Below are positions 37,323 to 48,283 of a stretch of 64,000 nt of DNA, piece by piece. How positions within the stretch are numbered: the stretch's first letter is position 1; each line of letters opens with the position of its first letter. Origin of the DNA: Aequorivita nionensis (lineage in GTDB: Bacteria > Bacteroidota > Bacteroidia > Flavobacteriales > Flavobacteriaceae); the NCBI RefSeq assembly GCF_046352995.1, contig NZ_CP130281.1:960289-1024288 (forward strand), given 5' to 3'. Position numbers and translations under genes: made by a program. The notes beneath the pieces were generated by a model that was not told the origin of the DNA, searched no databases, and was given only the letters and a program-made list of their open reading frames with translations.

Positions 37323-38816
37323 TTACTCTGAAAATTTAAAGAATTTATACACATTATCTATGGTAAAATATCTACCATAAACAAAATAATCATCCATTCT
37401 AAACACCGTTTCTGCTTTGGCTTTAGGAAGGTTTGAAGTGTGGTTTCTTAACCTGTTAAAAACATTTTGGGGAATTTCACCATCAATGTGCTCAAAATCT
37501 TCATTAAATAGACATTCAATGCGTTTGGTTCTATTCGCTTCGATGTAGGGGAAACTTCCAAAAGAAAAAAAGGTTGGGTTGAATCCGCTTGTAACTACCA
37601 TCCCACTGTTCGTGCTATTTATCATCATTCCATTTCCGGGCCCGCCAAACATCATTGGCCCTCCAAAGCCACCGCCTCTTTTAATAATTTCATTACCTCC
37701 CAATGTTAATTGATAGCCAGTGCTCGTGGGATTTACCGCAACCCCACTATTTCCACCGTTGAATATTTGAAGAAGTAAATTAGTTTTATCCAATTCCTTC
37801 GTCTTTATAGATTGATTTGTAGCATATTCTTCAATGATGGCGCTATTTTTAAACGGAATATCTTCGTCTTTTGAAAGAACAAACCGTTTTAATTCCTTTT
37901 TTGTTGCAAGCTCCTTTACGGTAAGAACCATTATTTTACTGTTTCCGCCAATCTGGAATATTTTATCCTTATACAGATATGAATTGGTTGTATTAAATTT
38001 TTCAGCTCCTATTCCATTCAATTTTTCAATCGCTGCAATTTTTACTGAAAGATCTGGCACTTTAAACTCAAGTAGGTATGTAAATAAACCTTCCTTGTCG
38101 ATTGATAGGATAAATGAATCGCCACGATCATAAATCTTGGAAAGATTGCTTGTGATTTGGAGTGAATTAGGATTTGACTCCTCAATTTTAACAACAGAGG
38201 TCAAGCCATTAAAGCTATCATACAAAAGTTTATAAAGTGTGGTTGGTTCTTTTTTTCCATTGACAAAGACATTTTCGGAGAAGTCAAATGATTTTTTTTC
38301 AAACTTTCCATCGTGTTGAAAAGTATAGATGTTTAAAATTGAACTTTTTTTGCTAACCGTGATTATATAAAGTCTGTCTTGGTAACTGTGCGACTGAAGG
38401 TAAATTTCATCTTGCAATTTAAAGCCAAATTCAGTTTCAATAGATTGTTGTCTATCAAAATCAAAAAGCACGGCTCCAAATTTTTTATTGTAATATTCTT
38501 TAAAATATAAACGCACTTGCCCATTTTTAATGGTTTTTCCGATGATTTCATTATATCCCTCGGGCAGGCCTTTAGAAGCAAATTTGGAAATTGGCTCTAG
38601 TTCCTGTGAATATAAATAGGCGTTTATAGATTGCTCATTAACCATAAAAGTTGAAAAGCTTTTCTTTTCATTATCAACAACTACGTAAGCATTCTCAACG
38701 GAATTATTCTTTTTGCTTAAATCATTTGGGATTTCTAAAAAAGGTGTTTGGGCAAATGTTGAAACGACACAGAAAATCGAAAGAAATAGTATTCTAAAAA
38801 ACATGAATCTAAACAT
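37323..38816 (-). CDS. Hypothetical secreted protein (signal peptide, Gly/Met-rich segment GGGFGGPMMFGGPGNGMM)
   Basis: No recognisable domain. The listed ORF overlaps the metG 3' end; the internal Met (MFRFMFF...), which begins a signal peptide, is the probable start. Confidence 0.45.
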   Translation of the reverse strand: MFRFMFFRILFLSIFCVVSTFAQTPFLEIPNDLSKKNNSVENAYVVVDNEKKSFSTFMVNEQSINAYLYSQELEPISKFASKGLPEGYNEIIGKTIKNGQVRLYFKEYYNKKFGAVLFDFDRQQSIETEFGFKLQDEIYLQSHSYQDRLYIITVSKKSSILNIYTFQHDGKFEKKSFDFSENVFVNGKKEPTTLYKLLYDSFNGLTSVVKIEESNPNSLQITSNLSKIYDRGDSFILSIDKEGLFTYLLEFKVPDLSVKIAAIEKLNGIGAEKFNTTNSYLYKDKIFQIGGNSKIMVLTVKELATKKELKRFVLSKDEDIPFKNSAIIEEYATNQSIKTKELDKTNLLLQIFNGGNSGVAVNPTSTGYQLTLGGNEIIKRGGGFGGPMMFGGPGNGMMINSTNSGMVVTSGFNPTFFSFGSFPYIEANRTKRIECLFNEDFEHIDGEIPQNVFNRLRNHTSNLPKAKAETVFRMDDYFVYGRYFTIDNVYKFFKFSE

Positions 38817-38853
38817 TGAATTGTTTAAAGAAAATTTTAAAAGAAGTATCAAA

Positions 38854-40929
38854 TTAATTGATGGTCGCCCCATTCTCAACCCCTTCTTCCCCAGGATTTA
38901 CAAAAACAAGTTTCCCATCCGCATTTTCCGTCATCAAAATCATTCCTTGGCTTTCTACACCGCGAAGCGCTCGAGGCGCAAGATTTACTAAAACGGTAAC
39001 TTTTTTACCGATGATTTCTTCGGGCTTAAAACTTTCCGCAATGCCAGAAACTATGGTACGAACGTCAATTCCTGTATCAATTTTTAAAACCAAAAGTTTA
39101 TCTGCTTTTGGCATTTTTTCGGCTTCAATTATGGTTCCAACCCGCATATCTAGTTTTGCAAAATCGTCGTATTGAATTGTTTCTTTTTGAGGAGTTACCT
39201 TTTTGTTTGCTGCTTCGTTCATTTTCTTACTCGCTTTTAGTTTATCTAATTGTTGTTGAATTTGTTCGTCCTCAATTTTACTGAAAAGCAATTCGGCTTT
39301 ATTTATTTTGTGTCCTGTTTTCAATAATTCTGATTTTGAAGACACATCGTTCCAACCTAACGAGGTCTCGACTGCGCTCGACCTGACATTGAGCATATTT
39401 TTAAGTTTTTCTGAAGTGAATGGCAAAAACGGTTCACTTAAAACTGCCAAAGCGGAAGCGATCTGCAAAGCAACATACATAACGGTTTTGGTGCGTTCTT
39501 CATCAATTTTTATGGTTTTCCACGGCTCTTCGTCTGCTAGATATTTGTTTCCGAGGCGGGCCACGTTCATCAATTCTGCCTGCGCTTCGCGGAAACGGTA
39601 GCGCTCCAACGAACTTGCGATTACGGCAGGATACGCCTTTAATTCACTTAAAACCTGTTCGTCAATTTCTGAAAGAGTTGCTGGTTCGGGAATAATTCCT
39701 TCGTAATATTTATCGGTTAAAACCATTACACGGTTAATGAAATTTCCGAAGATGGCAACCAATTCGTTATTATTTCGAGCTTGAAAATCTGCCCATGTAA
39801 AATCGTTATCCTTTGTTTCCGGAGCATTCGAAGTTAATGTGTAACGCAAAACATCTTGCTGATTAGGAAAATCTTCCAAATATTCGTGCAGCCAAACCGC
39901 CCAGTTTTTACTTGTTGAAATTTTATTTCCCTCCAAATTCAAAAATTCATTCGCCGGAACGTTGTTGGGCAAAATATAGCTTCCTTCCGCTTTCAGCATT
40001 GCAGGAAAAATGATGCAATGGAAAACAATGTTGTCTTTCCCAATAAAATGAAGGAGTTTGGTATTGTCGTCTTTCCAATAATCTTCCCAATTTTTACCTT
40101 CTCGCTCCGCCCATTCCTTGGTTGAAGAAATGTAACCAATTGGCGCATCAAACCAAACGTACAACACTTTCCCGTCCGCACCTTTTACTGGCACGGGAAT
40201 TCCCCAATCGAGATCGCGGGTAACGGCACGCGGACGCAAACCGTCGTCAATCCAGCTTTTACACTGGCCAAGCACGTTAGTTTTCCAATCTTTTTTATGG
40301 TCAACGAGAATCCATTCCCTTAAAAAATCTTCGTAGCGATCCAAAGGTAAAAACCAGTGTTTTGTTTCTTTTAAAACAGGTTTGTTTCCGGAAATTACGC
40401 TTCGCGGATTTATCAAATCTGTCGCGTTTAAACTTGTTCCGCAGTTTTCGCATTGGTCGCCGTAGGCTTCCTCGTGGCCGCATTTTGGGCAAGTTCCCAC
40501 AACAAAACGGTCTGCCAAAAACTGGTTGGCCTCCTCATCGAATAATTGCTCGGTAACTTCTTCTATAAATTGGCCCGCATCATACATTTTCTTGAAAAAT
40601 TCCGAAGCGGTTTTATGGTGGATTTCAGCCGAAGTGCGCGAATAATTGTCAAAAGAAATCCCGAAATCGGCAAAACTTTTTTTGATGATAGCGTGATATT
40701 TATCAACCACTTCTTGGGGCGAAATTCCTTCCTTTTTTGCTTTCAATGTAATGGCAACGCCGTGTTCATCGCTTCCGCAGATAAACGCAACATCTTTATT
40801 TTGAAGTCGTTGGAAACGCGCATAAATATCCGCAGGCACATAAACGCCCGCCAAATGACCAATATGAACAGGGCCATTGGTATAGGGCAGTGCGGCGGTA
40901 ATGGTATAACGTTTTGGGTCTTGATTCAT
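38854..40929 (-). CDS. metG: Methionyl-tRNA synthetase with C-terminal tRNA-binding (EMAP-like) domain
   Basis: HIGH motif (PVHIGHLAG), a zinc-knuckle Cys cluster ([18 protein letters not shown]), and a C-terminal OB-fold dimerisation/tRNA-binding domain. The probable start is [10 protein letters not shown]. Confidence 0.9.
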   Translation of the reverse strand: MNQDPKRYTITAALPYTNGPVHIGHLAGVYVPADIYARFQRLQNKDVAFICGSDEHGVAITLKAKKEGISPQEVVDKYHAIIKKSFADFGISFDNYSRTSAEIHHKTASEFFKKMYDAGQFIEEVTEQLFDEEANQFLADRFVVGTCPKCGHEEAYGDQCENCGTSLNATDLINPRSVISGNKPVLKETKHWFLPLDRYEDFLREWILVDHKKDWKTNVLGQCKSWIDDGLRPRAVTRDLDWGIPVPVKGADGKVLYVWFDAPIGYISSTKEWAEREGKNWEDYWKDDNTKLLHFIGKDNIVFHCIIFPAMLKAEGSYILPNNVPANEFLNLEGNKISTSKNWAVWLHEYLEDFPNQQDVLRYTLTSNAPETKDNDFTWADFQARNNNELVAIFGNFINRVMVLTDKYYEGIIPEPATLSEIDEQVLSELKAYPAVIASSLERYRFREAQAELMNVARLGNKYLADEEPWKTIKIDEERTKTVMYVALQIASALAVLSEPFLPFTSEKLKNMLNVRSSAVETSLGWNDVSSKSELLKTGHKINKAELLFSKIEDEQIQQQLDKLKASKKMNEAANKKVTPQKETIQYDDFAKLDMRVGTIIEAEKMPKADKLLVLKIDTGIDVRTIVSGIAESFKPEEIIGKKVTVLVNLAPRALRGVESQGMILMTENADGKLVFVNPGEEGVENGATIN

Positions 40930-41122
40930 AACTATTTTTTGAAAACCTGCGTCAATTAATTTAACAGGCACAAAAATAGGTATTTTATCTTCGGAAACCA
41001 GCGCCCTGTTTTACATTCCTTTGTTTGTTTATGATTTTGAATCACCCTTTATGCGAAAATTATAATATAAAAAAGCTTCCCAATAATTTGGGAAGCTTTT
41101 CATAAGATAGTTTTAATAAATG

Positions 41123-42742
41123 CTACCTAATCTGTATGGATTTGCTATAAAATTGTCCTCCAGTTGAAATTCGGTAAATATACTGACCGTAAGAAAGTCG
41201 CGTCCTGATTTTTTCCTTCACATCTATACTGTACTTTCCAGGATATAATATTTTATTTTCTAAGGTACCTACTTCTCTTCCCATCATATCATAAAGTCTG
41301 ATATCAACATTTGCTGTATTGGGCATGTTTATTTCAATAAGAGTGCGGTCGTTTTGGTAAATGGGCACATGCACAAAGCGTGTAGTATCATTAAAATTAG
41401 TACTCGACAGATTTTGACAAGTGATTCCCATATCCAAAGTTTGGTAATTCTGGTTAAGAAGAATAGAACTTACAACAGAAGGGTCCAAACAGAACCACTC
41501 CGTTAAAACCGTAGAATATACGTCCCGGAAGTCGGTTGTTGGTATAAGATTGTCATCAGCGTCCCATTCGGTAAGGTTTGGATGGGTGCCCACAAAACCA
41601 TTTCCGTCAAGCCCTGAACCAAACAACATAACTGGTGAGGCTGCTCCGTGGTCGGTACCGTTAGAGCCATTTTCATAGGGTCTGCGTCCAAATTCTGAAA
41701 TGGTCATGGTCAAAACTTTGTCGTCCATACCTGTAGCAGCAAGATCATCATAAAAATCTTTAATGGAATCTGAAAGATCCTCCAGCAATGCTCGCTGATC
41801 GTCTGTTTGGTTGGCGTGTGTATCAAAACCATCCAAGGTAACCATATATACTTTGGTGCCTAGGTTTCCTTTTATCAATCTTGCAACGATGGCTAACTGT
41901 TTTGCAAGGTTTTCATCACTATAAGAAGAACTGTTGGTTGAAGCCATATAGGCATTATTAATTACAGAAGAGTACCTAACAGTAGTGTTTGTTGTGGCAC
42001 GCATAAACAAGAGTTTATCTCCGTAAACACAATCCGGCAAATTGGTCACATCGTGCTGAACTCCATTTTGCGCCACGTTTGCCAATTGTTCGGTATTTGC
42101 AACCGAAAAAGCATAATTACTATCATTTCCTTCAAAAATAAGGTCTCCAATACTGCCTATTTGTACTGCAGGTGGAATTTCTGGTGGATTTACCAAATAA
42201 TCCGGATATAAGTCTTCAAAATAACGACCCCACCAACCAGTATTTTCCACATTTACATCATCTGTAGAAGCCCAGATTGCTGCTGAACGGAAATGGGATA
42301 GATTTTGTTGTGGATACCCAACGCCATGGATTATCTTCATTTTTCCATCGCCCCAAACAGATTCCAGTCCGCCCATAAAGTTGGGAATTGCAAAATCTGC
42401 ATTCAAGTTTATCAAATTGTTTTGTTGATGGCGTATGTTTGGACGCAAATTGGCATAGGTAGCATAGTCATAAATCGGGACTATAGTGTTAAGCCCATCA
42501 TTTCCTCCTTTTAGACGAATAATGACCAAGATATTATCGTTTTCACTTGCTGCTAACGCAACTGAAAGTGGTGATGGTTTGGAAGCAGTAACAGAAGCGT
42601 GGCCAAGCATAATGCCACCCGCACCAGCCAAGCCCAATGCCTGAATAAAAGAGCGTCTATTCCAAGTAGAGTGTTCTTTATCGTGAATGCTCCTTTCGTC
42701 TTTTGAAATATTTTTTTGGGGGATAGTATGATTTTTACACAT
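41123..42742 (-). CDS. DUF1501-family protein (sulfatase-like) with Tat signal and C-terminal T9SS sorting domain
   Basis: Twin-arginine motif NRRSFIQALGLAGAGG, a DUF1501-type core, and a ~80 aa C-terminal domain with T9SS type-A features (RLYDMMGREVG...). Confidence 0.75.
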   Translation of the reverse strand: MCKNHTIPQKNISKDERSIHDKEHSTWNRRSFIQALGLAGAGGIMLGHASVTASKPSPLSVALAASENDNILVIIRLKGGNDGLNTIVPIYDYATYANLRPNIRHQQNNLINLNADFAIPNFMGGLESVWGDGKMKIIHGVGYPQQNLSHFRSAAIWASTDDVNVENTGWWGRYFEDLYPDYLVNPPEIPPAVQIGSIGDLIFEGNDSNYAFSVANTEQLANVAQNGVQHDVTNLPDCVYGDKLLFMRATTNTTVRYSSVINNAYMASTNSSSYSDENLAKQLAIVARLIKGNLGTKVYMVTLDGFDTHANQTDDQRALLEDLSDSIKDFYDDLAATGMDDKVLTMTISEFGRRPYENGSNGTDHGAASPVMLFGSGLDGNGFVGTHPNLTEWDADDNLIPTTDFRDVYSTVLTEWFCLDPSVVSSILLNQNYQTLDMGITCQNLSSTNFNDTTRFVHVPIYQNDRTLIEINMPNTANVDIRLYDMMGREVGTLENKILYPGKYSIDVKEKIRTRLSYGQYIYRISTGGQFYSKSIQIR

Positions 42743-42750
42743 GTGACTGC

Positions 42751-44217
42751 TTATTTAAGTTGAAATTCGGGCATTCTTGCAATATGTTTCAAGAGAATTG
42801 AAACTTGATAGGGAGCGGAATTGAAATCTAAATCCCAGATGCCTTGGTCATAGTAATTCTGTGGCACTTCCCATTTAAAGATGTCTGTTGCGATATCATA
42901 ATCTGATACTGTATATAATTCTTTGCACATAAAATGATCCACAAGAGTTTTGGTAATAAAGTATGGATCCTTGCTATTGTTTGTAAGTGCTTTCGCCAAG
43001 ACAACAAATATACTGTCATGACCATTTTGGTCCAGATAGTCTATAAATTCATCTATTAGTGCCCAGCGTCCGGTGAGTGTTGAGGCGTTTATCCATGATT
43101 CATCACGTTGCCAACCTGCTACGTCCACAGGGTCGTAAATTTCCTGTCCTACTAGACCTGTGTAATAAATTAAGGCATCGAGTATGGTATCATTGTAATA
43201 AAAGTCGGTTTCTTTCAAAAAATTTAAAACCACATCAAAAGGGCTTTTAATTACAACTCCTACTGAGTGCTCATCAAAAAAATGTTGGCTCTTGAACAAT
43301 TTTTTAAACATCGGAACCATCTCAAAATTATTATTAGTCAGCGTTTGCGCTAATTCTTGAATGATTGTTTGACCAATGTTGTCCGTAACTGGACTTACAA
43401 AAAATTTGTAAAGCTTTTCACATATATAAAATGCAATTTCAGAACCTCTCTCCTGGAACAGAATATCAATAACATCATCATAGCCCCAGTTTCCTGTTTG
43501 TCCAAAAATGGTTTTTACTCCATCGTCAAATGTCTCAGGGTTAAAATATATCTCGCCATTTTCTTGGGGCCAGTCGTTATATCCCGTTAAGGCTCGTGCG
43601 GCTTCGGTTATATCGTTTTGGGTATAGCCATTTCCCTCACCCAATGTGAAAAGTTCAAATTGTTCTCGGGCATAGTTTTCATTAGGACTGTATTTCGTGT
43701 TTTCTACGCCATTCAGAAAAACAAGCATTGCCGGGTCTAGCCCAATGGCCCTGGTAAATTCCTTAAAATTTCCTAAGGCGTGTATTTGTATTGTATGGTA
43801 ATACTGAAATGCATAGGGTGCATGGAAATAGATTCCAAAACGGGTTACGAAGTGGTTCATCCAAAAGAAAGTAAGCCTACCACGGAGATTTTCTTCCAAA
43901 AGGTCTTTAACGGTTTGCAATCGCCATTGTTCAAAAAAAGCAAAATTTTGAGTCTCGTAATCAGAAAAATCATCGTTGGAATAATAACCCCAATATGGCG
44001 CTGGGGTTGGTGGCATATTGTGCGCACCATCAACAAGTGAATTAATAAATTGTCCCGGGGTCAGCGAGAGCGCGGCATCTACATCATCTTGTGAAGCTCC
44101 AAAACCAAGACGGCGATACACGTGATTAATCTTATGTGTATCCCAAGGATCCTGAGAAGATGGCTCATAGGGAGCAAGTGTAGAACTATTGCAAGTGGGA
44201 TTAGCAATTGTTTCCAT
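42751..44217 (-). CDS. DUF1800-family protein, the usual partner of DUF1501
   Basis: 488 aa, encoded immediately upstream of the DUF1501 gene on the same strand with an 8-nt gap. Confidence 0.75.
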   Translation of the reverse strand: METIANPTCNSSTLAPYEPSSQDPWDTHKINHVYRRLGFGASQDDVDAALSLTPGQFINSLVDGAHNMPPTPAPYWGYYSNDDFSDYETQNFAFFEQWRLQTVKDLLEENLRGRLTFFWMNHFVTRFGIYFHAPYAFQYYHTIQIHALGNFKEFTRAIGLDPAMLVFLNGVENTKYSPNENYAREQFELFTLGEGNGYTQNDITEAARALTGYNDWPQENGEIYFNPETFDDGVKTIFGQTGNWGYDDVIDILFQERGSEIAFYICEKLYKFFVSPVTDNIGQTIIQELAQTLTNNNFEMVPMFKKLFKSQHFFDEHSVGVVIKSPFDVVLNFLKETDFYYNDTILDALIYYTGLVGQEIYDPVDVAGWQRDESWINASTLTGRWALIDEFIDYLDQNGHDSIFVVLAKALTNNSKDPYFITKTLVDHFMCKELYTVSDYDIATDIFKWEVPQNYYDQGIWDLDFNSAPYQVSILLKHIARMPEFQLK

Positions 44218-44628
44218 TTAAAAAGAGTTTTGTTAGGTTTGGCGGTAAAAGTATGTTTTTAATCCGATTAATTGTTCCGTTTAACTGATTTTTTAACTCA
44301 ATATTTTGATTATTAGTATTTTGAGACCATAAAATATGTGAACGATTATTCTTACTAATGAAATTTAAGCATTCTGCCAGTATAATTTAGAAAGAAAATA
44401 GTATTGTAAAATACTGAATGTTAAATCTTTATACACTGTTTCTATAAATTAAGAAGTGAAAAGATTAATTTCATTTATATAAAGCAAAAAAATAATGAAA
44501 CTATAAGAATGATTTTAATTTATATCCAAAACAAGGAGAATATTAAGTTTGTCATTCTAAATTTGTAGTTCATTGTATTTTAACTCACAAGTCAAATTTT
44601 TAGTACTTTAAAGCTTTCAATTATATTT

Positions 44629-45543
44629 ATGGCTACACCTCCATTTTTAAAAAAAGACGATAACGTTGCCATTGTTTCCACTGCTCGGAAAATTTCAAAA
44701 GAAGAATTGAAGCCTGCAATCCAATTGTTGGAAAGTTGGGGATTGAAAGCCGTTTTGGGAAAAACCATCGGCGCCGAGGAAAACCAGTTTGCAGGCAGTG
44801 ACGATTTGCGCACTTCAGATTTTCAGCAAATGCTGGACGACCCAAAAATAAAAGCAATTTGGTGCGCGCGTGGCGGTTACGGTACGGTGAGGATTATCGA
44901 TAAACTTGACTTTTCGGCATTCAAAAAAAGTCCGAAATGGATTGTTGGCTATAGTGATGTTACGGTTTTGCATTCGCACATTCATAATTTTAGGATTGAG
45001 ACTTTGCACGCGCAAATGTGTTTGGAGATTGAAAATAAAACAGAAGAAGCCAGGGAATCCATTCGGAAAGTTTTGTTTGGGGAAGCATATAGTATTGAAA
45101 TGAAACGGACAGATTCCGTCGCTCCGCTCGGAATTTTGAAAGGAGAGTTAATTGGCGGAAATCTTTCGGTTTTGTATTCCCTTTGCGGAAGTACTTCGGA
45201 AATGAAAACTGATGGAAAAATTCTTTTTATTGAAGACTTGGACGAAATGCTTTATCACGTGGATAGAATGATGATGAATTTAAAGCGAAGTGGTTACCTC
45301 AAAAACCTGAATGCCCTTATCATTGGCGGAATGACGGAGATGAAGGACAATAAGGTATATTTCGGAAAAACGGCGGAGGAAATAATCGTGGATTTGGTAA
45401 AAGAATACGAGTATCCCGTGATTCTGAATTTCCCCGCTGGGCATATCGCGGATAATCGGGCATTGATTATGGGAAGGGAAGTTGAAATAAATGTTCAATC
45501 CTCAACGATCAATGTTCAATTTTCAACCTCAAGAAAATCGTAA
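44629..45543 (+). CDS. ldcA: LD-carboxypeptidase (peptidase S66, LdcA-like)
   Basis: S66 fold pattern with the conserved GYSDVT (nucleophile Ser region) and a C-terminal His/Glu region. Confidence 0.8.
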   Translation: MATPPFLKKDDNVAIVSTARKISKEELKPAIQLLESWGLKAVLGKTIGAEENQFAGSDDLRTSDFQQMLDDPKIKAIWCARGGYGTVRIIDKLDFSAFKKSPKWIVGYSDVTVLHSHIHNFRIETLHAQMCLEIENKTEEARESIRKVLFGEAYSIEMKRTDSVAPLGILKGELIGGNLSVLYSLCGSTSEMKTDGKILFIEDLDEMLYHVDRMMMNLKRSGYLKNLNALIIGGMTEMKDNKVYFGKTAEEIIVDLVKEYEYPVILNFPAGHIADNRALIMGREVEINVQSSTINVQFSTSRKS

Positions 45544-45570
45544 ATCGGCAATCGTAAATCGTAAGTAGAA

Positions 45571-45933
45571 ATGGCAACGCACAACGAGCTCGGAAAAATA
45601 GGGGAAGAAATAGCCGCGCAGTATTTGCTTAAAAACGGCTATAAAATCTTGCGCCGTAATTTTTATTTCGACAAAGCTGAGATTGACATCATTGCCCAAA
45701 AAGAGGACGATACTGTTGTAATCGTGGAAGTAAAAACCCGAAATAGCTCATTTTTTGGTGACCCGCAGGATTTTGTAACCAAAAACAAAATCAAGCTTTT
45801 GGTAAAAGCCGCCAACGAATACATTGTTTCAAACGACTTAAATGTGGAAGTTCGTTTTGATATTATTGCAATTCTCAAGAACCAGAAAACGGAACAACTT
45901 CAGCATTTTGAAAATGCCTTTTATCATTTTTAA
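45571..45933 (+). CDS. yraN: YraN-family (UPF0102) endonuclease-like protein
   Basis: 120 aa with the characteristic LGKIGEEIAAQYL...GYKILRRN...EIDIIA...VIVEVKTR motif. Confidence 0.75.
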   Translation: MATHNELGKIGEEIAAQYLLKNGYKILRRNFYFDKAEIDIIAQKEDDTVVIVEVKTRNSSFFGDPQDFVTKNKIKLLVKAANEYIVSNDLNVEVRFDIIAILKNQKTEQLQHFENAFYHF

Positions 45934-46748
45934 TTTTCGGGAGTACGAGAATCTCTTTCTTTTTTCACAAACTCCTCAATTTTATAGAGCAAAATAATCT
46001 GTAAAATAGTTGCCGGGATTAAAAAAGCGAGACCCAGCCAAGCCATAAAAACAATTGTAAACAATATCCCTCCCACCACTTCAAATCCACCGGCTATTCC
46101 CGGAATTTTACCGAAGGGGTTTTCCAATCGCATCACCGCCAAGCCAAAAATAATACCTCCAATACCACAGAAAATAGATTGTATAGTTATAACATATTCG
46201 GTGTAAAATGGTTCAATATACAGCGAAGCCATATCATAGCCATAAAATAGAATGGTTGTGCCAATTAAAAAGAAGGCGCCAATTTTCAGCAAATAATTAT
46301 TGAAAATTTTGCCGCTCAAAGCAAAGCCCCATAGAAAATAAATATAGGCAAGCATCACTATAAATTTCATACTGATGTATGCAGCTTTTGGAATTATCAA
46401 TTCATCTTCCTGAAATCGGGCATAATCAACAGCGAATTCTACAAAACCCGAAAGAAAATAAATTATCCCGCAAATCCAGGCCAGTTTTATGTAAAAAATA
46501 GAAAAGCCAATATCTTTTAAATTGAAATTTTCAAAAGGGGAAGCTTCGGATTCTTGCAAGTTTTCCAAATCTTCGCCCAAGGCATTCAAAATCGTTTTCA
46601 ACGTAAAACTTCGAGGCGTTACTTCGCCAGCTTCAATACGCTGAATGGTCCGCACATTAATGTTGCACTGCTCCACAAGTTCTTCCTGTGTTAAGCCTTT
46701 TTGTTTTCTTAGTTCTAAAATTTTTCGACCGAGTTCTGGTTGTTTCAT
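45930..46748 (-). CDS. Membrane-anchored XRE-family HTH transcriptional regulator (N-terminal HTH, C-terminal 5-6 TM domain)
   Basis: HTH_XRE motif LGRKILELRKQKGLTQEELVEQCNINVRTIQRIE followed by a polytopic hydrophobic domain. Confidence 0.65.
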   Translation of the reverse strand: MKQPELGRKILELRKQKGLTQEELVEQCNINVRTIQRIEAGEVTPRSFTLKTILNALGEDLENLQESEASPFENFNLKDIGFSIFYIKLAWICGIIYFLSGFVEFAVDYARFQEDELIIPKAAYISMKFIVMLAYIYFLWGFALSGKIFNNYLLKIGAFFLIGTTILFYGYDMASLYIEPFYTEYVITIQSIFCGIGGIIFGLAVMRLENPFGKIPGIAGGFEVVGGILFTIVFMAWLGLAFLIPATILQIILLYKIEEFVKKERDSRTPEN

Positions 46749-47072
46749 TTGTCTATTATATTTGTTTCTAAAAAGTCAAATGGAACATCCTATTAGATAT
46801 TTTGCCGTTGATTAGAAATAGTTAGCGGATGTTTCATTTTCTAAAAATTTATGAAGCAATAGTACGATGGCAGCAAATATACTGCAATATTTTCAAGTGA
46901 ATTTCACCCGACATTTGCCCGACATTGTGGAATATATATCACAAATTAGGCAAGTAATCAACGGAAGAAAGCCATAATTCATTTCCACTTTTTTTATCTT
47001 TTTAGGTGCGGCTGTACCCAAATACACCTTTTTTAGAAGCATCCGCTTATCTTTGTTGCAATATAAAGTTTT

Positions 47073-48200
47073 ATGGAAATTACCTTCAAGCTTATAGACT
47101 TGATTATTGTTATTGGCATTTGCCAAGGCATTTTCCTTTCGTTAACGTTGCAGCGAATTTCCAATAACAACCAAAAGGCAAATAGCATACTTTCCTATTT
47201 AATTGCGCTGGCTACCTTAATGCTTATCGGTAGGTTTTTCTATTTCCGCTTTTTGACTGCTTGGGTTTTTCAATGGAGTATTGCGGTGGATTCTTTGGTT
47301 TTTCTTTTTGGACCCTTAATTTATTTGTATGTGAAAAGGCTTTTGTTTAAGGAACAGAATAATTATTCGCTTTCAATAATTCATTTTATTCCTTTTTCCG
47401 GAATGCTTTTTTTCGCTTTTTTCTATATCATAAATTACACACCGAAAGCGTATTACGAATTTTTTTTAAAGGGAAATCTACTGATGTATTTCAGGATTAT
47501 TTCAGTAATCATGATTGTATTTAATATGTTTTATGTGCTGAAATCCTTTCAGTTACTCAAAAAATTTAAACAAACTGAAAAAGAAATTTTCTCCTTTGAA
47601 CAAACCCCCATTGTATATCTCAATTTTTTCCTGTTTTCATTATTAGCGTGTCTATTAGCTTGGACTTTCAGCCTCTTGAACACAACTATTTTCGACAAAA
47701 CCATTCCTTTTATTGGTTATGATAGTATTTGGGTGGCAATTCCATTGTTTATTTATGTAATAGGATATTTCAGTTTAAAACAGCCGGAGCTTTTTAGGAT
47801 TTCAGAAGAAAAACAAAAAAACAATTTAAGGAAAGAGCGCCTTCCAGAAGCCGAAGCCCAATTATTAAAAACCAAGCTGGACAGCTTAATGATTAATGAA
47901 AAAGTTTTTCTACAAAGCGATTTGACCTTGGCCGATGTTTCTGAAATGCTCCAAACCTCAACAAATAATGTTTCCTGGCTTTTAAACCAGGTTTACAAAA
48001 CCACTTTTTATGATTTTATAAATCAATACCGCGTTAAGGAGTTTTTAAAAAAAGTGGAAAACAAAGAACACCTAAAACACACCATTTTGGCTCTTTCCAT
48101 GGATGTTGGCTTTAATTCAAAATCTACCTTTAACAAAGCCTTCAAAAGTACAATGCACGAAACTCCCAGCAATTATATAAAAAAAAAGTTGGCTGCATAG
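47073..48200 (+). CDS. Membrane-bound AraC-family transcriptional regulator (N-terminal ~7 TM sensor domain, C-terminal AraC HTH)
   Basis: AraC-type HTH at the C-terminus (LADVSEMLQTSTNNVSWLLN...MDVGFNSKSTFNKAFK), preceded by about 7 hydrophobic helices. Confidence 0.7.
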   Translation: MEITFKLIDLIIVIGICQGIFLSLTLQRISNNNQKANSILSYLIALATLMLIGRFFYFRFLTAWVFQWSIAVDSLVFLFGPLIYLYVKRLLFKEQNNYSLSIIHFIPFSGMLFFAFFYIINYTPKAYYEFFLKGNLLMYFRIISVIMIVFNMFYVLKSFQLLKKFKQTEKEIFSFEQTPIVYLNFFLFSLLACLLAWTFSLLNTTIFDKTIPFIGYDSIWVAIPLFIYVIGYFSLKQPELFRISEEKQKNNLRKERLPEAEAQLLKTKLDSLMINEKVFLQSDLTLADVSEMLQTSTNNVSWLLNQVYKTTFYDFINQYRVKEFLKKVENKEHLKHTILALSMDVGFNSKSTFNKAFKSTMHETPSNYIKKKLAA

Positions 48201-48283
48201 GTTTTTCGTTCGGCTGTATGCAAACGGTCGATTCCTGCTTATTCTGAAAATAGATTTGTACTAAACTTTAAAATTTTCAGATT

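Noticed and set aside
46893-47126. 77-aa minus-strand ORF in the divergent regulator promoter region
   Set aside because: It begins with a poly-Asn run from an A-rich tract and overlaps the AraC regulator start. Spurious.
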